64,000 bases of DNA, taken from positions 1,044 through 65,043 of the forward strand of contig CAZDIO010000117.1 in the NCBI GenBank assembly GCA_964505555.1, written 5' to 3'. Origin of the DNA: an uncultured Bdellovibrionales bacterium. GTDB taxonomy: Bacteria; Bdellovibrionota_C; UBA2361; SZUA-149; CAZDIO01. The notes under the pieces were generated by a model. It was not told where the DNA came from, searched no databases, and saw nothing but the letters and a program-made list of their open reading frames with translations. Positions 49,104 through 59,126 of this stretch are shown here, piece by piece (the first letter of the stretch is position 1; every line of letters starts with the position of its first letter). The position numbers and the translations under genes were made by a program.

Positions 49104-51308
49104 TCAAGAGTGAATTGAGATTTTAGGAAGCCAGTTCAATCCCCGAGGAAGATACCAATTCCACTTACCAAGAAGCTTTAGGCTCGCTGGAAGCAGCAAC
49201 GATCGAACCACCGTCGCATCAAGAAAGACGGCCACCGCCAACCCAATTCCCAGCTGCTTCATCACCGGAAGCTCTAGCGTGGCAATAATCGAAAAAACAG
49301 AAACCATAATCAATGCTGCGCTGGTGATCGTTCGTGATGTCGTTAGGAGTGCCCTTTTAATCGCAACATCGGTCTCCTTCCCAGACAACACCTCTTCGCG
49401 CACCCGTGAGAGGAGAAAAACATGATAATCCATCGAGAGACCAAACAAAATTGCAAACAACAGTGCCGGAACAAAACTTTCAATCACCCCGTATTGTAAA
49501 TCATCAAACACATTCCTTTTAAACACCTCTTGAAACACGAGCACCATGACTCCAAATGCAGCGCCAGTGGAAAGTAGGTTCAAAAGTATGGCCTTCAATG
49601 GCACCACAATGGAACGAAAAGCAATCAATAAAAACATCATGCTCAGTCCGAGAACTGCGGCATACACTCGCCAAGTTTTTTTGCCGTACCGCTCATCGTC
49701 GTCAACTGCATACGGAAGTGTGCCACTAAGAGTGGCCTCGACCCCCGCTGCGTCATACAATTCCGGAATCATTATATGACGAATATCTTCAACAGCTTTG
49801 TGAGCGGCAGCATCATTGATATTCCCTGGCACTACAAAACTGTAGCGCACTACAGAATTATCCTTAGACCGGTCAACGCGCAGCGGGCCACGAAGTTCAG
49901 ATATTTCAGATATACGTTTTAGAAACCGTGGCACAGTTCCATCTTGTTCCCGAGCCGACAGATCTGCACCCCTAAGAATTACAGATAAATCTGCGCCAAC
50001 CAAATCAGGAAACGCCACTTGTATCTTGCGAAATGCCTGAGTGAGCTGCAATGAATATGGGAGGGTTTGTGGTTGTACGGTGCTGCCCAAATGGATCCTC
50101 GTTGAAAAATAACAAAACAAAAGGAGAAGCCCGCCCATAACAACCATAATAGATTTGGGGTGGCTGATACTTAATTGCAACAAACCACCAATGGTCGATT
50201 CGTCACGACTTTCAATCCGCCGACGAATTCGACCACATTCAATTACTGGCCCAAGAATCAAAAGCAATAAAGGAAGTATGGTAACACAACTAAAAACGGT
50301 AATGATTGTTGCCGCGATCGAAACGGCAGCCATCGATGTCAGTATCGTATCCTGCATTAGCAAAAGCCCAGAGAGAGAAAGCGCCACGGTCAATCCACTT
50401 AAAACTACCGCTCGACCTGCGGTTCTCCGAGCAATGGTAATTGCCTCTGGGTACGAGCGCCCGCTTTGGACCTCCTCTCGCATCCGACTAATGATGAAGA
50501 GAGAATAATCCACCCCAATCGCCAAAACCAATAAGACCACAAGCTGCGAAGCTGTCGCGCTGACTGGTCCAACAAGTGTGCTAAAAATTGCGGTGACTCC
50601 AAGAGCTGCTCCAAGACTAACAAGTGCAAATAACAACGGAATCAAAGCCGCGACAACAGAACTAAAGGTCCAGATAAGCACTAACAGAGAAAGAGGAAGA
50701 GTAAAGATTAACGATCTATCGAGATCCCGGTTAATTAAAGCAAAAATCTCATTATCCCCCAACCCTTTACTGATATAGCTGATTTTAAAATCAGGGAAGT
50801 TTTCTAACCACTCTGTAATCTCCTTTGGAAATAACGCCAACGCTTGCGCGGACCGATCCACCGAAACATCTGTTTCGGCGATAAACAAGAGGCTCCTTTG
50901 ATCAGCAGAGGTAAAGATCGCGTCATTGAGTGAATTATGCCCGGCGGTCTGAACATTGAGAAAGAGCGCTGACTTTTCCTGCTCAGCAGTATTTTTAGTA
51001 GCGCTCTTAGATCCCTGCAAAAAACTCAGTAACGAATCACGCGCCTGGATGAATTTAATATCGCTGACATCTTCGCTCGGATGATCGAGCATTACTAGCA
51101 CCTGATCGCGTGGTGGAATTCCCGCTGCAATCGCTAGTTGTTCGCCGTGATTCTCAGATAACGCCAGGTGAGAGGAAGGCCCAGGAAGCACCGTTTTAAA
51201 ACCAAGCCAGAGCCCGCCTGCAAACAGCAAACATGAACCTAGAAGCCAAAAACTGATCCATCTAACGACACTACGTCCAGATCTGGTACTACGATCTGCC
51301 TCAATCAC
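49104..51308 (-). CDS. MMPL/RND-superfamily lipid exporter (HpnN/MmpL-like).
   Basis: The 734-aa product has the 2 x (TM + large periplasmic loop + 5 TM) topology. The conserved motifs are LAIGVDYSLFIISRMREE and LSMDYHVFLLSRVREE. It has a GTG start. Confidence 0.8.
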   Translation of the reverse strand: MIEADRSTRSGRSVVRWISFWLLGSCLLFAGGLWLGFKTVLPGPSSHLALSENHGEQLAIAAGIPPRDQVLVMLDHPSEDVSDIKFIQARDSLLSFLQGSKSATKNTAEQEKSALFLNVQTAGHNSLNDAIFTSADQRSLLFIAETDVSVDRSAQALALFPKEITEWLENFPDFKISYISKGLGDNEIFALINRDLDRSLIFTLPLSLLVLIWTFSSVVAALIPLLFALVSLGAALGVTAIFSTLVGPVSATASQLVVLLVLAIGVDYSLFIISRMREEVQSGRSYPEAITIARRTAGRAVVLSGLTVALSLSGLLLMQDTILTSMAAVSIAATIITVFSCVTILPLLLLILGPVIECGRIRRRIESRDESTIGGLLQLSISHPKSIMVVMGGLLLLFCYFSTRIHLGSTVQPQTLPYSLQLTQAFRKIQVAFPDLVGADLSVILRGADLSAREQDGTVPRFLKRISEISELRGPLRVDRSKDNSVVRYSFVVPGNINDAAAHKAVEDIRHIMIPELYDAAGVEATLSGTLPYAVDDDERYGKKTWRVYAAVLGLSMMFLLIAFRSIVVPLKAILLNLLSTGAAFGVMVLVFQEVFKRNVFDDLQYGVIESFVPALLFAILFGLSMDYHVFLLSRVREEVLSGKETDVAIKRALLTTSRTITSAALIMVSVFSIIATLELPVMKQLGIGLAVAVFLDATVVRSLLLPASLKLLGKWNWYLPRGLNWLPKISIHS

Positions 51309-51883
51309 TTTGTTGCCCCTACTTCAGCAATACAATTGCGATCGAGCGGTCTGAGCAGATCTTCAAGAAAGAATGCCGACAGTTGCGCACGATTCTCGAG
51401 TTTTGATTTCTGATATAAAGAGGTCGCTTGCTGACGCACCGTTCGTTCACTACGTCCCCGAATCTCTGCAATTTCATTATGAGAAAACCCCTTAAGAATT
51501 AGCAATCCGATATCCCGCTCTGCTTCGGTCAAGTTCCATTCCTCAAACTGTCGATCGATCGCCTGACCAAGTCCCGCCAATAACTGAGCAGCGTCGCTCT
51601 TCCATTTAATGGCATCGGCTCGCGATGTAATAATTTCACCCTTCAAAAGTCGGGTAACCCGGTCATGCTGTTTCAATATATTTCTCCAGAGAAATACCGA
51701 TCCGGTCAACGAGGCGAAGATGATTGCAGCTTCAATTAAAAGGTGCGGCAGCTCAATACCGGAGAGTGAATCTTCAACCATATCGAATATTGCAAATAGA
51801 GCGACTGCCAATAGCGCGCCCGCAGCTACTTTGGAGTTCTTCTGACCTCCAGATTCAGCACTTTCATATCCGTCAAACGTCAT
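51305..51883 (-). CDS. LuxR-family HTH regulator with N-terminal transmembrane segments.
   Basis: The 192-aa product has the C-terminal LuxR HTH LTEAERDIGLLILKGFSHNEIAEIRGRSERTVRQQATSLYQKSKL and two N-terminal hydrophobic helices. Its stop overlaps the MMPL start. Confidence 0.7.
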   Translation of the reverse strand: MTFDGYESAESGGQKNSKVAAGALLAVALFAIFDMVEDSLSGIELPHLLIEAAIIFASLTGSVFLWRNILKQHDRVTRLLKGEIITSRADAIKWKSDAAQLLAGLGQAIDRQFEEWNLTEAERDIGLLILKGFSHNEIAEIRGRSERTVRQQATSLYQKSKLENRAQLSAFFLEDLLRPLDRNCIAEVGATK

Positions 51884-52059
51884 ATCAAAGGTCCCTAAGT
51901 CTTATTAAATACTGATTGAATTCTATATCCGACCAAACGCCGGTTGTCTTTATTACACCGCCAATGCACTCTCTCGTCTAATAGCAATCTGTTTTACAAC
52001 CTGCTTTAATAGCTTAGCAGCTAAGTCAGATTTGCACATTATCGACAGTTTTTCTAACT

Positions 52060-53289
52060 ATGAAATTCAAGTTTGACGTAATTGTTATTGGCGCATCGTT
52101 ATCGGGATCCTCTGCGGCGCTTCATCTGGCTGATGCCGGAAGGACTATCTGTTTGATCGATAAAGCTAACTTCCCTCGGCCAAAGTCTTGCGGTGAAGGC
52201 CTCTCTCCACAGGGAGCGGCGATCATTCGAACTCTGGGACTCTCCAAGGAGCTCACCCAGGCACCACACCAACCTCTCTGTGGCTATACGATACACTGGG
52301 GCCAAACGATTGTCTCAATTCCGTATGCACAAAAAAATTATTCTCTTTCAGATTGCACACCAGAAGAGACAGTAGACAATACCGTGGAGTTCGGCCTGGG
52401 CATCAAACGCCAAATTCTTGATGAGATGCTAGTAACCAAATGCCGTGATTCAAAACAGATCACTTTTTTTGATAAAAGTCCGGTAAGATCTATCACCTCA
52501 TTATCGGATGGTTTTGATGTCGAGATCTCGACAAACAAATTTCACGCCCGACGACTTGTCATTGCTGATGGTGCAAATTCTCCTTCATCTCGTCTGCTAG
52601 CTATTCCATCAACCGGAAGAACCTCTCCAAAAAAATCTGCTTTTACTTGCGGCTACCGCGGATCGTGGTCTAAGCCAATTGGGCATGTTCATATCCTAAA
52701 CTACACTGGTATCCGGCTCTTTATCACTCCCGTTGGCAACAATGAAGTCTCGGTTGCGCTCCTTGCTGCCCCCCACGCTGCTCGCATCCTCAGCTCAGCA
52801 ACCAAACGCGATCTTTTAATCTCCAATGCTTTTCAGGTAATTGGATTTACCCCCGGAGAGCTCCTTCAAAGCGGGGGATCGAGTAATATTGGTCATCACC
52901 GCAGACCCGCGCAGATCGGTGGCGCGTATCTTGTTGGAGATGCTGTTGAGCAACTTGATCCGGTTGGTGGCATGGGCATGACTCATGCTTTATTCTCAGG
53001 GAAATTTGCCGCAGAGGCACTCGCCTCAGACCTCGCGGGAGCGTTCAGCCCAAAAGAAGCCGGGGCCAGGTATCAAGCCCAGCGTGAAGCTGCTGTTATT
53101 CCGCTTCGTGGCTTTACCCGAATGGTGGATCATGTATTTTTTCTTTCAGAATATCTCCCACTTATACGACCCTTACTGGGATCAGCAATGAGCGTCTCAG
53201 CCAGCCGTGAAGTTCATCAATTAAAACGCATTTTGCCTTTTTCTGGCCTCACCGCAAAATGTCTTCTCTATGGAGCTGGATACCTATGA
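52060..53289 (+). CDS. FAD-dependent oxidoreductase (geranylgeranyl-reductase/FixC-like flavoprotein; candidate hydroxylase or reductase).
   Basis: The 409-aa product has the FAD motif DVIVIGASLSGSSAALHLA and ...KSCGEGLSP.... Confidence 0.7.
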   Translation: MKFKFDVIVIGASLSGSSAALHLADAGRTICLIDKANFPRPKSCGEGLSPQGAAIIRTLGLSKELTQAPHQPLCGYTIHWGQTIVSIPYAQKNYSLSDCTPEETVDNTVEFGLGIKRQILDEMLVTKCRDSKQITFFDKSPVRSITSLSDGFDVEISTNKFHARRLVIADGANSPSSRLLAIPSTGRTSPKKSAFTCGYRGSWSKPIGHVHILNYTGIRLFITPVGNNEVSVALLAAPHAARILSSATKRDLLISNAFQVIGFTPGELLQSGGSSNIGHHRRPAQIGGAYLVGDAVEQLDPVGGMGMTHALFSGKFAAEALASDLAGAFSPKEAGARYQAQREAAVIPLRGFTRMVDHVFFLSEYLPLIRPLLGSAMSVSASREVHQLKRILPFSGLTAKCLLYGAGYL

Positions 53290-53945
53290 AAACATTTTTA
53301 CGATTAGTGTTTTTTCTTACCTTGCTTTTGATTCTCAACTTCCCGCTTCCTTTTGGCAAGGCTGAGAATCTTCCGTCGCCAACAGACTCTCCCTGGTTTC
53401 TCCCCATTGAGTTAAACGACAACAACACCAAAATCTCGTTTGAGGTCGATTCGACCTGGCACCGGATTCATGGCAAGACTTCTGGCATTCATGGACGCTT
53501 ATGGCTCGAAGAGTCAAACGATCCCGGATCAATTCGTGGCACTATTTCAATTCCCGTCGGCCAGTTTGATACGAACAATTCAAGTCGTGATTCGCGACTC
53601 CGTGAAGTGATGAAAGCAGAAAAGTTCTCTGAAGTTACCTTCTCCCTTAATTCGGTTGAAAATATCTGCTCCCCTCAATCACTAATTGGAGATGATTCCT
53701 GCCTTGGAAACGCTACCGGATCATTATCGATTGAAGACCACAAAGAATTGGTCCCTGTGAATTTTTCAGTTTCGCGTTCTCCTACCGGTTTTGTAATCAT
53801 TGGAACAGCAATCTTTAGCTGGCGCTCTTATCCAATCGTCGATCCCTCAATTCTCATTGCCAAGCTTGATGACCAGGTAACGATCTCTTTTACTGTTAAC
53901 ACGATCTCTCGTCTTTCGACTTCTAACCCAATAAATAAAAATTAG
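53286..53945 (+). CDS. YceI-like (polyisoprenoid/lipid-binding) periplasmic protein.
   Basis: It has a signal peptide (MKTFLRLVFFLTLLLIL) and the pattern ...FEVDSTWHRIHGKTSGIHGRLWL...NNSSRDSRLREVMKAEKF..VTF. Its start overlaps the upstream stop (ATGA). Confidence 0.65.
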   Translation: MKTFLRLVFFLTLLLILNFPLPFGKAENLPSPTDSPWFLPIELNDNNTKISFEVDSTWHRIHGKTSGIHGRLWLEESNDPGSIRGTISIPVGQFDTNNSSRDSRLREVMKAEKFSEVTFSLNSVENICSPQSLIGDDSCLGNATGSLSIEDHKELVPVNFSVSRSPTGFVIIGTAIFSWRSYPIVDPSILIAKLDDQVTISFTVNTISRLSTSNPINKN

Positions 53946-53956
53946 GATGGTTTGAA

Positions 53957-55000
53957 ATGAGTTTTCTCTCTTCTTGCTCAATAAGTATTCCAAAATATCA
54001 ATACGGACTTGAGGAGCTGCGCGCCTCTGGAAAGGTGTGGCTTCGTGGGGACACCGATCGTGAACTGCTATTTGATCGACTCCTCTCCTCTTCAAATGTA
54101 TTACAACGCGGCTTTTCCATTCCAATGGAGAAGATCCTAGAACTCGGGGGTCTCCGTGAACGGAGTCAACTTTTTGAACAATTGGCGCCAGAGCTCGCAC
54201 TTCCTGCAATAGAAAACGCGCTGATCGCAGCAGAAAAAGATCCTTCGGAGATCGACTGTTTGATCTTCACCTCCTGTTCCGTGCCCGCAATTCCTAGTGT
54301 CGATGCCGCACTTGTTAGGCGCGTGGGATTTTCACCACATATTCGTCGCCTTCCAATTTTTCAGCACGGTTGTGCCGGTGGAATAGTCGGACTGGAGCTG
54401 GCGCACGAACTTGCCACAAACGGACGAAACGTTCTTCTCGTATCCGTTGAATTATGTTCGTTGCTGTTTCATTATGGAGATGTGCGCACCGGGCAATTAG
54501 TCGGGGGCGCGTTGTTTTCCGATGGCGCAGCGGCAGTTGTTATAACCCCTGACGTTGGAGCGATTGAGATTCTTGCCAGCAGCTCCTGCTTGCTTCCAGA
54601 TTCACGCCACCTGATGGGGTATGAACTTCAAGATGATGGTCTGCATTTACTCCTTGATCGCGAGTTACCTCGTGCGCTGGCCGACCATATTCCGAAGCTT
54701 ACAAGAGCATTCCTAGAAAGAGAAAAGCTGACTCTCGATGACATTCCATGGTGGTTGTTTCATCCTGGAGGGCCAAAGGTTTTATCAAGCTTACAGCGCG
54801 GCCTAAATCTGTCTGATGCTAGCTGCCGTTTTGCAAGCGAAGTTCTCTCGACCCACGGGAACATGTCTTCAGCAACAATACTTTTTGTGCTCAATCGATT
54901 TCTCACTGAAGGAGTTGCCAAACCTGGAGAGCTCGTCGTGCTCTGCGGTGTTGGCCCGGGGCTTACTGTTGAGCTCGTTCTCTGTCGAGTGAACAAATAA
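53957..55000 (+). CDS. Type III polyketide synthase (chalcone/stilbene-synthase superfamily).
   Basis: The 347-aa product has the catalytic Cys in HGCAGG, His in WLFHPGGPKVL and Asn in GNMSSATILFVL. Confidence 0.9.
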   Translation: MSFLSSCSISIPKYQYGLEELRASGKVWLRGDTDRELLFDRLLSSSNVLQRGFSIPMEKILELGGLRERSQLFEQLAPELALPAIENALIAAEKDPSEIDCLIFTSCSVPAIPSVDAALVRRVGFSPHIRRLPIFQHGCAGGIVGLELAHELATNGRNVLLVSVELCSLLFHYGDVRTGQLVGGALFSDGAAAVVITPDVGAIEILASSSCLLPDSRHLMGYELQDDGLHLLLDRELPRALADHIPKLTRAFLEREKLTLDDIPWWLFHPGGPKVLSSLQRGLNLSDASCRFASEVLSTHGNMSSATILFVLNRFLTEGVAKPGELVVLCGVGPGLTVELVLCRVNK

Positions 55001-55012
55001 CAAGACGATCAG

Positions 55013-55714
55013 ATGCCCATAAACGATCTTTCCATTTATCAAGATCACGCCGCGGAGTGGTGGAATCCAACAGATCCCCATTTTCGTTCACTGATTTCGG
55101 TTAATCGGTTTCGACTAGAGCTTATGAATCGCTGGGTTGGGTCACAAGAAGGAGCAACCGTCGTAGATATTGGTTGCGGGGGTGGATTGATTTCAGTCCC
55201 CCTCGATCATGCTGGGGCTCGAATTATCGGTATTGATATTAGCGATCGAAGTTTGGCTGTGGCCAAAACGCGCTCCTCTTTGCAAGCAACATACCTTGCA
55301 GGAGACGCTCGAAGCATTCCCCTTGCTGACGAATCTGCCGATTTGGTTGTTCTCGCTGATGTGCTTGATCATGTTCAGGATTATCACTTAGTAATTACTG
55401 AAGGGGCGCGAATACTTCGTTCCGGAGGACGTCTTTTTCTGACAACACTCAATCGTTCCTGGTTTTCTTCACTGCTTACTGTTTTTATTGCTGAAAATCT
55501 ACGCTTAATCCCTCCTGGAACCCATGATCCCCGAATGTTTATTAAGCCAAAAGAGCTAAAAACGATAGCGAGACGTGAATCTCTTTTTCTTCAGCAACTG
55601 ACGGGAGGATTTCCAAAAATAGCACCGACATTGCGGAACTGGGCAATTGAATTACGTGAAAGCCGCTCAACAGCAGTTTTTTATGCAATGCTTTTACAAA
55701 AACAGCAGGCCTGA
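55013..55714 (+). CDS. UbiG-like class I SAM-dependent O-methyltransferase.
   Basis: The 233-aa product has an N-terminal AAEWWNPTD...F..L...N..R region and motif I VVDIGCGGGLIS. Confidence 0.75.
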   Translation: MPINDLSIYQDHAAEWWNPTDPHFRSLISVNRFRLELMNRWVGSQEGATVVDIGCGGGLISVPLDHAGARIIGIDISDRSLAVAKTRSSLQATYLAGDARSIPLADESADLVVLADVLDHVQDYHLVITEGARILRSGGRLFLTTLNRSWFSSLLTVFIAENLRLIPPGTHDPRMFIKPKELKTIARRESLFLQQLTGGFPKIAPTLRNWAIELRESRSTAVFYAMLLQKQQA

Positions 55715-55715
55715 C

Positions 55716-56459
55716 ATGAATCGAAAACGACTTGTCGTTCTTGCTTACGGACTTTGCACCCATCTTACCTTTTTGCTTGCCGTTGGATTGATGTGCTTCT
55801 CACTCCATAATGGCTTGAGTGGGCCTGGTGCCATGTTTTCCATCCCTCGATATATTTGGGATCTCGCTCTCTTGCTTCAATTTCCGATCATTCATTCCTT
55901 ATTGTTAACAAAGCAGGGACGCTCGATCCTTTCTGTGCGCCATCGCTCACAAACAACAAGTAATCTTACAACGACCACATTTGCACTCGTTGCATCATTA
56001 CAATTGATCCTCGTTTTTAGTTTATGGCTGCCAACTGGGGTCATGCTCTGGGAGCCAAGTCCTGGGGTGCGCCATCTGTTTGATCTGGGTTTCATTCTAT
56101 CTTGGCTTTTACTTGGCAAATCGATGTGGGATAGCGATATCACCATTCAAACGGGGATCAAAGGGTGGCTATCTGTATTTAAAGGAAAGAAGCCGGTCTA
56201 TCGGGGATTTCCCTCCGGCGGACTGTATCGCTTCTGTCGCCAACCGATTTATCTTTCCTATCTCTTGATCCTCTGGACGGGTCCTCATTGGACGCTGGAT
56301 CGAATCTCTGTGGCTCTGGTTTGGGGAGCATACTGTATCATTGGAGCAATGATGAAGGAGCGTAGATTTTTAGAAATTTTTGGTGGTGACTTTCTGCGTT
56401 ATTGTGAGCGGGTTCCTTTCATGTTCCCTATTCCACTTCGGGTGCACACTCGAAAATAA
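55716..56459 (+). CDS. Membrane methyltransferase of the ICMT/PEMT family.
   Basis: The product has multiple TM helices and the C-terminal motif ...FCRQPIYLSYLLILWTG...E...L...FG..F..YC..VPFMFP. The start was moved to ATG 55716, because the track ORF overlaps the upstream gene. Confidence 0.65.
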   Translation: MNRKRLVVLAYGLCTHLTFLLAVGLMCFSLHNGLSGPGAMFSIPRYIWDLALLLQFPIIHSLLLTKQGRSILSVRHRSQTTSNLTTTTFALVASLQLILVFSLWLPTGVMLWEPSPGVRHLFDLGFILSWLLLGKSMWDSDITIQTGIKGWLSVFKGKKPVYRGFPSGGLYRFCRQPIYLSYLLILWTGPHWTLDRISVALVWGAYCIIGAMMKERRFLEIFGGDFLRYCERVPFMFPIPLRVHTRK

Positions 56460-56492
56460 ATGGGCTGTGCTTTGACTTTGTCTAAGTAAAAT

Positions 56493-59126
56493 TCATCTAC
56501 TCATTACTTGGGCATTTTCTATAAGGCGGATAAACTCCTGCCTCAAACCGTCAGCGTCCTCGCCTTTACCGCTTCTTAGCACCGGTAAAACATCTTTGAG
56601 AGTATATGAACTTGCATGCTTACTTCCTCTGAGAATCTGCGCGGCGTAAACCACCCCAGCAGCAAATCGAAAATCAACTGTGCTGTTTTGTAAGTCTCTT
56701 TTTATCTGATCTGCTTGAATGGGAAACTCAAGTTGCTCAGAGTGCTCTTTATTTGGCTCCTTAAATCGAATTTTTACAAACGCAACTTCATTTATATCTT
56801 CAGCAATCGGTTCTCGAAGCTCATTTTCGGCGGGCTGCTCTTCCTGTACCTTCTTTTGGTAGCGAAGTCCTTCATCGAAACTTTCGTTTGGTAACTTTTC
56901 TCCAACAAGAACAATCTCATAGAGCGCCGTCACAGTGTGGCCTGAGCCAACCTCTCCAGCATCAATTGCATCATTTTTAAAATCTCTTGCCTGAAGCTTT
57001 CGATTGTCATACCCCAGCAACCGATAGGCCTTAACCACTTTTGGATTAAACTCAATTTGGAGTTTGACGTCTTTTGCTACCGTTTCCATGGTTTGGGTAA
57101 GTTGTTCAACAAATACTTTTCGAGCCTCATCAAAGGAGTCGAAGTAAAAATAATTTCCGTTTCCCCGATTGGCAAGTTGCTCCAGGTTTTTCTCGTTATA
57201 GTTCCCCTCTCCGACACCGATCGTGGTTAGGGTAATTCCTGATCGTCTCTTTGTTTCGATCATCTGCATTAAGTGATCAAACTGATACGTCCCAACGTTA
57301 AAATCCCCATCGGTAACGATAATGACACGGTTTACTCCCTCATTGGTTCGATTTTGTGAGGCGATATCATAGGCAAGATCTAGTCCGGCCCCCCCGTTTG
57401 TTCCCCCATTAGCAGAGAGCCCTCGAATTACTGAAAGAATCCGCTCCTTCTCACTACCCCGAGTAGAAGAAAGGATCACCTGGGCATTGTTGGCAAACGT
57501 TACGATTGAGACTCTATCGGTAGCTCTCATCTCTTTAACAAGGATCTCCAGACTTCGCTTTAATAGTCCAAGTTTGTTGTCTGCCATCATCGAACCAGAG
57601 GTATCGATGAGAAACACTAAATTCCATCCACTATCTTCATTTCGAACCACCTCTTTTGCTTTCACTCCGAGCTTTAAGAGGTATTTTCCTGGCGAAAAAG
57701 GAGAAGGTGCGATCTCAGAATTTACTGCAAACGGTTTTTCATGTTGTGAAGGATAGTTATACGTAAAGGCATTAACAAACTCCTCCACCCGCACTGAATC
57801 TGCTGGAGGAAGTTTCCCCATCGAGAGAAAGCGGCGTGCATTTGCAAAGCTTCCTGTATCGACATCGATACTAAACGTCGAGAGGGGTTGGCTAGTTACA
57901 AGTTCTTGTGGATTTTCATCGTAGTGACCGTAAACCTCTTGCTCACTCGGCACAGAAGGAACCGGAGGAATTGGAAAGCTCCGCCGGTAGTAATCATGTG
58001 GAGACGGCTCAACTATCGCTCCTCCTTCCCCACCATATCCTGCTGTCAATTCATTAGCAGGAGGACTGTTTTTTTCATCCGTTGACTCTGCAATCCATTT
58101 CTTTCCTTCTAATCTGTATGATTTACTCCCGGCTCCATCACGATCTTTTAACACCAATACTCCGTCGGAAGGTTGCCGTTGTTCGGCACTTGGCGCAAAA
58201 CCTGTAAGCATGTCCATCCCTCCAATCGATGGGTTGTCTGCCGAAAGCCCAGCCGTAGCCTGAGCAGCCTGGCGCTGACCTTCCTCGTCTCCCACTAAAG
58301 AAAGACTCAGCTTACCGCTTGCTTCTGCCAATTGCAGACGTTGAGCATCCCGTTCGTTTACAAGGAGTGTCACCTTGCTAGAGTCCTCCTTTTTTTGTTC
58401 AGTGTTCTTACCTTCTGAACCAGCCGAGAGAACCTTTGCTGAACGGACAATGGTGGTAATTTTCTGATTCTTATCGCGATCGGTATAGGAGTACATAACA
58501 TCTGCCCGCGTGCCGGGCTTTGAAAATCCTTCCGCTCCCGCCGTAGCACCAAGATCGACGGTAATCGCACGGTGCCCCGGGGGAATTACTGGTGCAACCG
58601 GAAGAGTTGCTTCTTTTTCAGTTACAGCGTCCGGACTCTGATGAACATCTGATTCTGTCTTATTTTTGAGAAGATCTTTACTTTTCTCCCTCTCATCTCT
58701 CTCTTTCTTCTCTACCGGAACTTGAACCCCAGAGGAAACAACAGATTTTCGAATAATCTCTGGACTTGTTACTAACTCCCTTTGAGCAAGAAAAAGAGCG
58801 ATACATGCCGTAGCTGCAACAGCGAGAGGGATTGGAAAGCCCTTTTTTGCTTTCTCTAGTATTCTCGAGAAAAGCTCTCTCCGACGCAAACTCTCACTCT
58901 CTAGCGCCTCCATCACCTGCACCCGAAATTCAGGCCCTACGGTGCGCACCTCTTCTGAAACAAACCGCTCCAATTGTAAGAGTTTTTTATACTGCGCCAG
59001 GGAGTCTCGACACTTTTCACACTCACCAAGATGCGCTTCGACCTTCTTTCGAAACTCCTCAGGAAGAGTCTCTTCAATAAGTCCTAAGAAACTTTCTTCA
59101 ACTACTTTGTGTCTCATCGCATACAC
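56493..59126 (-). CDS. Anti-sigma factor fused to a von Willebrand factor A (VWA) domain protein. Order is zinc-finger anti-sigma N-terminus, TM, long linker, VWA.
   Basis: The 877-aa product has the N-terminal HLGECEKCRD zinc-binding anti-sigma motif, a TM helix (IPLAVAATACIALFL), and the VWA MIDAS motif VFLIDTSGSM. It has a GTG start overlapping the sigma gene. Confidence 0.7.
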   Translation of the reverse strand: MYAMRHKVVEESFLGLIEETLPEEFRKKVEAHLGECEKCRDSLAQYKKLLQLERFVSEEVRTVGPEFRVQVMEALESESLRRRELFSRILEKAKKGFPIPLAVAATACIALFLAQRELVTSPEIIRKSVVSSGVQVPVEKKERDEREKSKDLLKNKTESDVHQSPDAVTEKEATLPVAPVIPPGHRAITVDLGATAGAEGFSKPGTRADVMYSYTDRDKNQKITTIVRSAKVLSAGSEGKNTEQKKEDSSKVTLLVNERDAQRLQLAEASGKLSLSLVGDEEGQRQAAQATAGLSADNPSIGGMDMLTGFAPSAEQRQPSDGVLVLKDRDGAGSKSYRLEGKKWIAESTDEKNSPPANELTAGYGGEGGAIVEPSPHDYYRRSFPIPPVPSVPSEQEVYGHYDENPQELVTSQPLSTFSIDVDTGSFANARRFLSMGKLPPADSVRVEEFVNAFTYNYPSQHEKPFAVNSEIAPSPFSPGKYLLKLGVKAKEVVRNEDSGWNLVFLIDTSGSMMADNKLGLLKRSLEILVKEMRATDRVSIVTFANNAQVILSSTRGSEKERILSVIRGLSANGGTNGGAGLDLAYDIASQNRTNEGVNRVIIVTDGDFNVGTYQFDHLMQMIETKRRSGITLTTIGVGEGNYNEKNLEQLANRGNGNYFYFDSFDEARKVFVEQLTQTMETVAKDVKLQIEFNPKVVKAYRLLGYDNRKLQARDFKNDAIDAGEVGSGHTVTALYEIVLVGEKLPNESFDEGLRYQKKVQEEQPAENELREPIAEDINEVAFVKIRFKEPNKEHSEQLEFPIQADQIKRDLQNSTVDFRFAAGVVYAAQILRGSKHASSYTLKDVLPVLRSGKGEDADGLRQEFIRLIENAQVMSR

